Source of the DNA: Macrostomum lignano
Lineage: Eukaryota
Assembly (NCBI GenBank): GCA_002269645.1
Contig: NIVC01000089.1
Span: forward strand, 310,001 to 374,000
Reading direction: 5' to 3'
DNA: 64,000 nt
Shown: piece after piece, positions 12,150-22,597 of the stretch
Numbering within the stretch: the stretch's first letter is position 1
Layout of the letters: every line of letters starts with the position of its first letter
Made by a program: the position numbers and the translations under genes
Notes under the pieces: generated by a model
The model's database searches: none
What the model was told of the DNA's origin: nothing
What the model saw: the letters and a program-made list of their open reading frames with translations, nothing else

Positions 12150-12539
12150 CATGGATGAATGAATAGAATGGATTGCTATTCTGGCTCTGGCTATTTTCGT
12201 TTTTGACTCTTTTGCATCCGGTTCCCCCCCGTGCCTTTTCATTGGTTGATGATTGCCATAGACAATTTTCGGCCTTCGCCCCTTTCTTTCGATGCACAAG
12301 CGCTTTCGCTCGTGTTTTGAAATAAAGGGGGAAGACCTACGAGCGCTCGATATTCTCTGCAAGTAACTGACATTCTCATTTCTTTGCGCTTGTGCATCGA
12401 AAGAAAGGGGCGAAGGCCGAAAATTGTCTATGGCAATCATCAACCAATGAAAAGGCACGGGGGGGAACCGGATGCAAAAGAGTCAAAAACGAAAATAGCC
12501 AGAGCCAGAATAGCAATCCATTCTATTCATTCATCCATG
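12150..12539. mobile_element. hAT-type MITE (near-palindromic, 390 bp)
   Basis: CATGGATGAATG...CATTCATCCATG termini, about 155-bp near-perfect arms, 8-bp TSD CCATAGAG (12142-12149, 12540-12547). The hAT assignment rests on TSD length. Confidence 0.85.
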
Positions 12540-13028
12540 CCATAGAGTGTCAGTTTTGAAGCAACTCTGTCAAAATAGAATCGGACTTTGCAGCCCAACC
12601 AGTCAGGCTATTTTAGTCTGTGTGTGTAAAGGATAGAGAAAAATAAATTTTATCAATACTTGTAGATCCAAAAAGCAAAGTCAGAATAAGCTGATTTTGC
12701 ACAGCTCACTTCAGCCCCGTTCAGGCTTTCATTGGATTACTTTGTTACCGAATTCTCCCAGGAGAAGTTGACTAAACGTGCATTGTCAAAATTGAACCAG
12801 AGTTTGTCAAAATTGAAGCTTGATCTGTCGATATTGATTTTAGATTTTGAGTGCCCGACCATAGAGTGTCAATATTGAAGAGGAGTTTGTCAGTTTCGAA
12901 GTTTTCCTTGTTCAAAATCGAGGGTAAAATGGTGTAAAGCCGAGGCTAGTCGAGCCGAGCCGAGAGTTACAACCTTTCTATCTTGCTTCCACATAATGAT
13001 TCCACTGCGTTCTAATTCACTCGCTACA

Positions 13029-14617
13029 CCATAGAGAGAATCTGGAGTGGCAGGCAGTTTGTTTTTAATTTGCTTTACCCAGCAAAAAATATTTGCCAAT
13101 TCGCTCCCATTGAATAGGAATAAAGTTCCCTCAACTCACTCACACAAATATCGAATCGATTCAAGCCAAAGCCATGGAGTACTAAACTAGAACATTATTA
13201 GAACTCCATGTTGATATCTTTGAGTATCAGCTTTCCAGTTTCAGCCTCAGCTGCAAGCATTCATGTAAATTCGCCAGGATCTCATTAAGCACTCGTTAGC
13301 TGTCTAACAGTGCATGCCGCCGCAGAAAAAGCTTTTTCTTCCAAGAGTAATTTGGCTTCCCATTTGTTGGCTAATTCGCCCCCACCTGACAGAGCGTGAA
13401 TGGTGTCAGTTTTCACGAACCAGATTTCTTCTCTGGTACTCCATGCGGTCGGCATTTACGATCGCAAGAAATTGCTGAGCTGGTCTCACGCGCTACCAGC
13501 ATGTCGCGGATATCCCGCTGGAGGACTCCGCACCGCAGCGAAACACCCCCCCCCTCAAAGCAGCGACCCTTCTCATAGCAGCTCCCAGCAAAGCAAATGG
13601 CTGTTACAGTGTCTTCACAATGCACCCGAGAGCTTAGAGAAAACCGAGGTTATTGATCAAGCCAGCTCAGCCCCGTGTTGCTTCGGCATACTCAGCAATA
13701 TGATTATGCAGTGGTGGCCAGTAGAGTCGCCACCATCGATTCAAAGGCGAGCGGCGCCACCCGCCACCCCACGATCTGCGCTCCACCGCAGCAGCAAAGT
13801 GAGTTGAATTCCCTCATGATTTGCTTGCAGCTGGCTCTGGTGGAAACACTGACGTGAACTGAGCCCTGCAGGGGTAGCTCTCCCTGTCCCTTATGTGTAT
13901 ATAATTGTTGTTAATATTTGCAACTCGGCAAATTACTTTCTGCTCAAGCTATACACCACACTTAGCAAGCCAAAGAAACTCAAACCCAAAAGCAGTCATG
14001 CTGAACTACAAGCAAGTGCAAGCCTTTGTGGCCGCGATGCTCGTCCTGGCTATGACAGGTAAGAGAGACATCGATCAGTAGTTTAGTGAGAATTTGGTAA
14101 CTCATCGATTTGTCACTCATTATGGACTCTGAAAACATTTGCGTCCTTTTCAGCTGCCGCCATCGAGGTGCCGGCCGACGAAGCCGGAGATGAGGCCGAC
14201 TACGCTAGGCGCAGATACCGCAGGTGCAGCGTCCTGTAAGCCGGAGGCGCCAATCAGCCCAGCGATGTGCAGGCCAGTGAGGCCCGGCTCACTGACAGCT
14301 CTGACAGATCTTAATCGCTGCGGCAAAGCTTATTCTCGCTTTACTCTCTGGGTTGCAGGGAATGGTGAAGGCGCTGCTTGCTCTGTACATGTGGATTGCG
14401 GCTGCTGGCTTGGTGGGGAAATAAACTGAAGAAGCAGACAATTCATGCACTCGATGCCTGATTCGGGAGTTCTGCTACCATCTTTTTTGGCAAAATACAT
14501 TTGTTATGGGTTGTCAGTTCTATCCTGATCGAGGTGCAAGTACGAAATGATCCGGGAGCTTGGCGAGTGCAGTGAAAGTTTTTATCAAAATTCACATCAC
14601 ATTGAACATCCACATTT
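13029..14617 (+). repeat. Segmental duplication arm 3 (continues 4834-4853 across the Gypsy insertion)
   Basis: Removing 4854-13028 and one CCAT restores GGCCAGGGAGTTCCATAGAGAGAATCTGGAGTGG, as seen intact at about 887-919. Confidence 0.9.
13998..14239 (+). CDS. Small secreted peptide precursor, copy 3
   Basis: Exon 1 13998-14058, exon 2 14154-14239; coding sequence identical to copy 1. TATA at 13898. The optional exon 3 is 14359-14368. Confidence 0.75.
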
Positions 14618-16434
14618 GTGCGTTTCGCACAGGAAAGTTTGACAGAGCCATTGCGCTTACACTGCAGTTTGTCGTGAAATTTTCACTCATGATGGCCGGT
14701 ACACTTTGTTGAGAAAGTCATCATAGCATTTTCGTGCGCGTCCTCAGGGCTTTCTTAATTGAGGTGTCGCTGGCAGCGGGCCAACTGTCGCATCGGCTGT
14801 GCCATGCCTGAGATGCCCTCCGCAGCTGCGGATGCGGAAACAGCCTTAGGGCATCCGGGATGAGCGCTGATACTCGCATTCGCATTTTTAGTGACTAATT
14901 GTGCACTCTGTTGTAACACAACACCTCGGACAGTGTCACAACGTCACTTGTTCATGTATGTTACTCAAGGTGAGCTAGCAGTGGCTCCATCTCCAATAAT
15001 AACCCTTCACTGTTAAATTATCATGACACTATACTAAGAGTATAGTATTATATAGCAGTATATAGCACGAACAAGATAGTTAAAATATCTGAAACCATAC
15101 AATCGAATTAGCTAACAAATATTTAAGTGTTTAGATCGCTAACTACTCATAGTAGTAGGCAGTGGGATTTTGTTCTTTGCGTTTAATATTTCACAGATGA
15201 AATGTTTTGCAACCTGTGGACTTGAAATGTGCAATTCGTTTTAAAAGTTCCTGATACTGACTCTCCAATGGCTGCATATTGCACTGCCTCAACAATCTCA
15301 AGGACAAAAAAATCAAAGATCTCAATACTCCTTTGTGGAAAAATAAACTAGAGAATCAGTTGCTTCAGTCAATTTAACACCTAATTTTGGAGATAGGCTA
15401 CCATTTTAATAACAGCAGACACCAGCAGGGTTTAAGAGTTGAGGGCTCAGTTGCCCAGCTCTTAGCTCTCTCAAAACAAATCTCAGAAGTGCGTTCAATA
15501 CCGGAAGTATGAGTAGTTTCAAATATTTTATTGTTGATTGGTGACGTTGACGGAGCACATTAACAAAGTCACAATTATAACTGTGCCAGTTTTCACAACC
15601 TGCACAAAAATTCGTGTATATAGTTAGTAAACTATTCACTGGTGCACTAGAACAAAATTATTTTGGAAAACTAGCACTTGATAATGAATGCACCGGTATT
15701 TTTTAGCAATAACTAACGGTATGAAGTTTCTCTTTGCCCCATTCAGTTACATTACTCATAAGTCCCTTCTACGACTTACGAGTTGACCAATCTTCTCAAG
15801 CTAGCTGAGGCAATAATTTATGAGTTGCCTTCCCAGGCAAGGCAATATCAAACAAAGCTCTCGGCCATCCCCCGCGCGCTGCCCCGCCATATTAAACGAA
15901 ATGATTATAGTCTAAACACTACCCCTGTCGAGTTTCCGTTGCCAGAGCAGTCCCTGCATGCCACCAATTCAAGAGAGGGAGTTAAGACGGAAACCAAAAT
16001 TCCTGCACGATCGGTTTGCAGCTGGCACTGGTGGAAGCACTGGCGTAAACTAAGCCCAGGAGACCCGCAGCCAGAACTCAGACCAGCAACTCTACCAATG
16101 TCGATCCAGACAACCGTAGGCTGAATACAGTTTTTTTCAGCTTACTCACAAAAGACAGGTTTCGAGCTATACATATACAGTATTGATGAGGACGCAATCT
16201 TTCAATCTTAAAACCGCACATTTAGCTTCGATGCGCTTTTTCCCCTACTGTCAGTAGGCTAGCTTAGGATTGTCTCCCTATTCTCCCATCTAGGCTGAGT
16301 TCTATACTAATTTATGACATTACTTTTAACTATGTTAGACACTCAATGTACTTCCCCTAGGATTCTGATTTTGGGTTTTTTACGCATTTCTGAAGGGCAG
16401 GCGATCCGGGTCTGAGGTGGTTTGACCTCTAACA

Positions 16435-16485
16435 GTCTAGACCACAGATAATAAATAATAAGGTATTAGTATCTGTGGTCTAGAC
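16435..16485. repeat. 16-bp perfect inverted repeat (hairpin)
   Basis: GTCTAGACCACAGATA, a 19-nt AT-rich loop, then TATCTGTGGTCTAGAC. Confidence 0.8.
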
Positions 16486-16812
16486 AGGCGACACTAAGTC
16501 TGGGAGGAATGTTTTTAATCTCATCCTGACCCCCTGATTGGTCACTTTTTCTCTATTTTTAGTGACTTATGGCGGTCTAGCTGTCACTTTTGGCTCCAGC
16601 CTGTCTGGGTCAAAGAGGTCTTCCAGCCTCCTTCCCACTCGCTCTATTACCTTCTCCTTTGATTTATGGGCGTTTTGCAGTCACTTTCGGCGCCAGGCTG
16701 TCTAGACGAGTGACTTTTATTCGATTTTGCTCATGATTTATGACCGCGCCTGTCAACTTCTCTGGGGTCTGAAGGCCACCTGGTGGGGTGGGTTTTGGGG
16801 TCTTGAGCTCAG

Positions 16813-16945
16813 CCAATCAGAGTCGACCTGACCGCCCCCCGGCTCGACCAATCAGAAAATTCGGCGCCTATTTTAACAAAGGCCCTCAGCCAATAGGAAA
16901 ATTCGGCGCTCGTTATAACAAATCGGCCGCATGAAATCTATAAAA
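16813..16945 (+). promoter_or_regulatory. Promoter-like cluster: three CCAAT boxes, GC box, TATA
   Basis: CCAAT at 16813, 16848 and 16890; CCGCCCCC at about 16832; TATAAAA at 16939. No downstream gene identified. Confidence 0.4.
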
Positions 16946-19639
16946 GACGGCATGTTGGCCCGCGCTCGAAAAGGTCCTGGCCCCGTTCCTACTCTCTGGG
17001 ACCTCCCTTCTGTTTGGTCCCTGGCAATCTTGGACTTTTCGGGGCGGAGCTCCCTCCAACGCTCGCCCTTCGGCCGAGGTCACTCGTGATCCCCCTTCCA
17101 CCCGGCCTGCGCCCTAAGATCAGCAACAGCAACCGGCAAGTGAAGAGTAACGGCGGCACACGTCAGTTAGGATCAGCATCAGCATCCCGTCCGAGCGCTT
17201 CGGTCTCTGCGGAATCCTTGGCTACCGGCGGAAGGTCCTCTGATTGGTTGGGTGAGAGACTTTCTTGACCTGCTTAACTGGGTGCGCCCTTTGTCTGACC
17301 CCTTTTTAGGTAGTCCGATAGTATTTGCACTTTTGTTTGCTTGCTTTTGTGTGCCAAACTTGAGGCGGAAGTTACGTTTAATACTAAAAGTAGCCATTTG
17401 CTCTGACTCAATCTAAGGCGTTTAGGATTGCGGATTAAGTAAGAAAGTTAAATCTAGAAGTTGTTGTTAAAGAAGTTAAAGACTTAGTGTTTTCTTTCTT
17501 TTTCGTGGTAACGTGGTAATGAGATAGTACTTTTAGTAGTGTATAAAGGCTCGCCAGCGCAAGAACCCCCTGCAAAAGTCCTCTCTGTCCCTGCATGGCC
17601 AATGCGATCCTAGTCCCAGCAGCGTCCCTTCTATTCGGCTATGACTTCGAGATTTAGACAGCTAAAATACACTAGATGGCAGGTAAGTGCAGTGCCCCTC
17701 TAGTCGGAAGTCCGATTTCGATAGCTCCGGTTTGGTGAGCCGGGGCGCACGGACTGGTGGCAGCGGGTTAGTTAATCCGTGGATTAGCTAATCTCTACCT
17801 TTCAAATTCTCCCTGCTTGTCTCTCGCTGTCTTCTCCTAGCTATAAGACCTTGCTGCTCGCCCACAATCTAGCTACCACGGGGCTGACCATCTGACAGGA
17901 GTGAGAGGCCAGAGCTTTAAGTGATTCATTTCTGAGTTCTGAGGCCCGGAGCCACAGGCTTATGAAGGCCGAACCCATCAGTATATACATCAGTGGCTAA
18001 TGTAAAAATATATTTTTTCTCGACGTTCGCTTTCGATTTTACGCGTATAGTGACATTCGAGTCAATTCTGACAGAGATGCTGTCCTGGAAAATGAAACTA
18101 TAAAAATTTCCGCCAAATCGAAATTATGAGAAACTTTGTGCTTTAAGAACTTGTCAAGACTATAGCTCATTGTTCATATAAGTCTACTGCTAAAGCATGC
18201 ATTGATTTTTTACCTAATTGCGGAGAAAATGGGATGTTGAGGCTGACAGAAACCGGTTTAACAAAACAGAATTTGAGATCATGACGTAGCCCGGGCTGCA
18301 TGAGAATACCTGTGCAAACCCCTGGGCTCTGGCACTGAAAAGTACAGCTGCCAGGCCTCGCCTCTAAACTTTGTCCACCTGTGGATGGTGTGGCAGCTGA
18401 CGTTGCGGCCAAGATGCCATTATCTAGACAGCGAGCCGGGGTTTTTAGAAGGTACACGCCCCCACCAGTCACCTGTGCGGGAGTACACCCGGTTAGGGAT
18501 GTCGATTCCCCGAGGAATTTTCTTATCGGGACCCCGGGGAATTTACTGATTCAAGGTCAGGACTACATGTTCAAGGCGCAAACCGCTCAAGGGTAAAAAG
18601 TCAAAACTTTAAACATTATTTATTTAGAAAGTCTGTATTTGACAACGTGTGGCATCACATCACAAAATCGTGCACGCACCTTTGTTAAAAAGAGTTCAGA
18701 CTCCGGAGGCGGAAAATGCATGCTCAGCACTCAGCAGCTACGCTCATGGAAGGAACCGATAGAATGATAGATCATATTAGTAGGGCATTGTATAACAACT
18801 GGATAGCAACAGCAATCGGCAATAAAAAGTGAGCAATCAGCAAAAAGGTCTGGTACAGCAGATTGGTTTTGTATACGCATACGCATGCATTCGTAAGTAC
18901 ATCATAATACAATACATTACATATAAATCAATATACCGCCCCGCTCCCGGTATCGAGGCATGCAACGCAAGCAAAGGTGAAGCTGAAATTTATATTTGGT
19001 ACGAAATAGTTCTGTTCACAGTGGAAAGACCATGGGGGCTGTATTTCAAATATACACATTTTTCCTTTGTCTGGATCTCCGAAAATATTCAACGAATTGC
19101 CTTGATAATTCAAAGATAATCCAAAATTTTCCGCTCTATTCGATGAAGCAACTTCGAGAATCACGAAAAATCGGCATCGTCGAGATATTCAACGATTTTC
19201 CTCGGGGTGTCTGGTGGCAAAAACCACCAACATTGGAAAAAATTTTCTGCTCACAAAATCTCATCATGAAACCACGTCGGCTCGATAAATTATGCATATC
19301 AGTCGTAGAGGCCTTTGTTCTCAGCATCCCAGACACCCGGGTCCCCTTTCATCTCCGTCTGGAGCATCGGCGGCGACCGTCACGACCTTCAACGAAAGCA
19401 CCCCATCGGCGTCTCAGAGACGGCTGCGTTCCCAAAACTGAAATGGAAGAATCCTCTTCTGCATGCAGCATTCAAACATTAGACATAATCGGTGAATGAA
19501 ATGGACGTCGGCGACCCTCTAGGCTGACCTGTAGACATACAGGCGACCTTCGGGACCTTCAACGGAGTGCCACCACGCGGCCCCGACGAGCTGGCACCCC
19601 CAACATCGTGATTTTTCTTGATTCAAGGCACCAAACCTT

Positions 19640-19860
19640 AAAACAGCTTTGGTCACTTTGCTGTAGTCGCTCTTGCTATTCTCGTCGAGCTCAAGAAAAA
19701 CAGCCAGAGCCTCACCATCCAAAAACGTTGGCAGGTGCAAATGCTTGTCATTTACCCACTTGTTGGCTGCCGCGCACAACTCAAACCGCTGGAGCCACTC
19801 CTTAAAGTTGCCTGAGCTGAACGCCCTAGGAATCGCACGGTGACTGCCGCCCTCTGCCAT
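19640..19860 (-). pseudogene. Truncated retrotransposon gag relic
   Basis: MAEGGSHRAIPRAFSSGNFKEWLQRFELCAAANKW...LPTFLDGEALAVFLELDENSKSDYSKVTKAV matches the F..WL.RFE..A.AN.W...L.G.A gag N-terminal pattern; similarity stops abruptly. Confidence 0.65.
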
Positions 19861-22597
19861 AGTACACTCTGCTACCACTTGTAACACGCGGTATTTGGCA
19901 GCACCAAAAACACGAAGGCCCCGTGAGGCAGTGATCGCTTTATTTATGCAAGTTGAAGTTAAGCCTGCGATGTACATAGAGAGCGAACGTACATTAAATC
20001 AATTCGATGATTCAGCTAATTATTTGTCACGATTGCTAACAGTTCAGACTGCCTCTAAGGCAAGGAAAAAATATTACACTTCAACAGATTACACCAGGTG
20101 ACTATAGACAGCCTGATAAGAATTTCTCTAGTTTCGCTGATCAAGCTTCAATAATGAGCAAACCTCAACTGCTGGACATCCTCAGCTAGTCAGTCAAGCA
20201 TTCAGCCATCACCCCGACGCCGTCGGCACCTTCAACTCTTAAACTCTTCACCCTGCATGGTCGTGACCTGTCCTTGACCTCTGTCACCAAGCAACCCTAA
20301 TGACATCACCCGCCACCCGCGTGTGATTAGACGAGAAAATGGGGGTTAGGGCGCAGTGAAAAATATTTATTACCGAATACATGTATCTTTTGGCTTTCAA
20401 TGCTGGGAAGTGCACGTATTTTCTCATTTTATGTCGTGAACACGGGTGCACCCCACCTAGTTGGTTTTACTTGCTTCGTTCAGGCAGATTATCGGTAGAT
20501 GTTTGGTGGAATTCCAAAGAAGTATGCACAATTTTACAGCTTCAAGCACTCCAATGCCTGATTCAGGAGTTCTTCTACCAATCTTAATTTAAAAAGAAAT
20601 ATAGACAAAAAACTCCTAGTATCAGGCGATTCTTTGCATGTAATCCACGGCATATGCGACCTGAATATAACACCTTATCTCCGCCGTAGATAATGAGTTA
20701 TCTCCGCTATCCATGTCTATCCATCTCGTTGGTTTGTCTGTGGTAGCAGAGTTACGCTACTGATTATCACCGCTCATTTAATACTGGGGGAATAGACGAG
20801 AGGCGCACAAGCAAGGTGGATTACATACATGTACCTTTTTGTTAATATGGGTTACCACACAGTTTATATTATTTAATATAGCTCGTACTAATAATAAACT
20901 GAAACGCGGCGAAGCCAGGGAGGCTGAGGAGTTTGTGCCATAGAGCTAGTATCTCCGAGTTTCAGTGTACGTTTCAGTTCCGAGTTTCACGAGAAATTCA
21001 GTCTGATTGTATGCCTACACAAGTACACAACAAAACAAATCGTTTACACTTATTAATTAGTACTGTATTACATGTAGCTAAAGCCTCAAATGGATACTAT
21101 TTGACCATATAAAATCGATATGTACATGCAGATGCTGATTACTTTACTGTTTATTTGGCTCTATCGTTCTATAGGGTGCTGGGTGCTGACCAATTCGGCG
21201 ACAAACAAATTCGGCGACAGTCTAGTCAAATTCGGCAAAAAATAAAGGAAGAAAAATTGTGCATAATTTTATTAATTTTTTTAATCAATGGTATTAGTCA
21301 ATACATCTTAGCTTTCTTTTTTAATTGAGTTTGTTTTACCCATTATTTTACCCTTAAAATGTTCTTTTTAAGAATATTCGTTCAGGCAGTGTATTTTGGC
21401 CAGGTATAGGTCGGGCGACCACGGTGATTTTGACGACGGTCGCTGACGCTTGAAAATGACCTCTTCCCCCGATGACGAAAGTATTTTTTCGTCATCGCGT
21501 CCCTTGCCTGTTTTCGCGCCTGGCCATTTCGGTGGTTCCCTCCTCTTCCTTCCCTTGGTCCCGCCCATGTTCCCACCGTTGGTGGCCTGTTTCTGGCATT
21601 TAATTTTGTGCTTTTCCACGTGTTGACCCAATCCGGGGACTCCCCACTCCACCGGTTGCCCCATCGCCTGCCCCACTCAATGGTTGCCCATGTTTTGGAA
21701 GTTCTTTGGCATATGTATATAAACGATTGTTTCAAATGTAACTCTCTCGACTTTTCCCTCTACCTACTCGCTTAACTCTGTTAATTTTTTAGCCTTATTT
21801 TGTTAACCTCAACTAGCTAAACAATTTTATATTTATCTCACACCGCGGCTCTGCCGGACATATAGTACCTAGTCTGCTTGCTGAATTATAATATCCAACC
21901 TTTATTTATTAACACCGAGTAATAAATCGACGGAACCATATTTTTGACCGACAAGCCCATAGCTTTATCTTGAGTCTTTTGCCCATGGGGCGTAAAACAA
22001 CCCATTCTCAACTCCGAGCAAGCTTTGACAATCAAACGTTCCGTAATACGTAAATTACGGTGGTGGCAGCGATACGCTACTCTTAGTAAGATTCAACGAA
22101 TATCGGCGTGCATTCAATCTCTGGTGTCTGAGGACCCAAACTTGAAAGACCGTGCCTAACGAACACCGCTCGACTACGATTACGACTACCCTCCCCCCAG
22201 AATTGAGGACCCCGGCAGACGGAGTAAACAGGAGAACTTTGTTAAGATTCGACTGCGCGATTTTCCGACAATTCGTGCGAACTCAACGCAGGCGGCAGTT
22301 CAAACTCGCTAACCGCTACAACACTATAAAACATTCAAGTTGTATTTGCTTTGTATTAGGCCCTATAGTCCTCCCATCTAGGGCCATCTGATTATCTTGT
22401 TGGTTGATAATAATTGTTATGCCTAGACCTAACCCCACTTGACTTGGGTGTGGTAAATATTGGTAGGTCCCTAATACCCTTTCTAATTCTTACATATTAG
22501 CTATTTTTAGTCCTATCCTTTTCTATTAATGGTATAACATAACAACTTTTAGGGCCTAATCTATAGAACTAAATCTGAAAATATTATATTAAATAGT

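Larger units (their letters stand above)
10880..12934. mobile_element. Long foldback non-autonomous DNA transposon with TA TSD and satellite core
   Basis: Termini CACCATTTTACCCTCG.../...CGAGGGTAAAATGGTG, with TA at 10878-10879 and 12935-12936. Inverted arms of more than 500 bp (the right arm interrupted at 12150-12539). The centre is a 20-bp tandem array. Confidence 0.9.
4854..13028 (+). mobile_element. Ty3/Gypsy LTR retrotransposon, CHCC-gag (CsRn1-like) type, full length with nested insertions
   Basis: TG...CA LTRs; 4-bp TSD CCAT (4850-4853 and 13029-13032); domain order gag, PR, RT, RH, IN; polypurine tract AGGAGGGGGGAG at 10789-10800; gag motif C-x2-H-x9-C-x3-C. Confidence 0.95.
10806..13028 (+). 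mobile_element. 3' LTR, split (10806-10879 and 12937-13028)
   Basis: Matches the 5' LTR on both sides of the 10880-12934 insertion. Confidence 0.95.

Noticed and set aside
17925-17985. Possible hammerhead ribozyme (CTGAGGCC...GGCCGAA)
   Set aside because: It lacks the CUGAnGA and GAAA core and I could not form stems I and III.
21368-21735. Overlapping minus-strand ORFs rich in W, G and K
   Set aside because: No recognisable domain and no frame consistently better than the others; probably a decayed repeat interior.
21985-22310. Frame PWGVKQPILNSEQALTIKR...FVKIRLRDFPT, possible retroelement relic
   Set aside because: It contains an in-frame stop, and the resemblance to integrase is too weak to call without a profile search.
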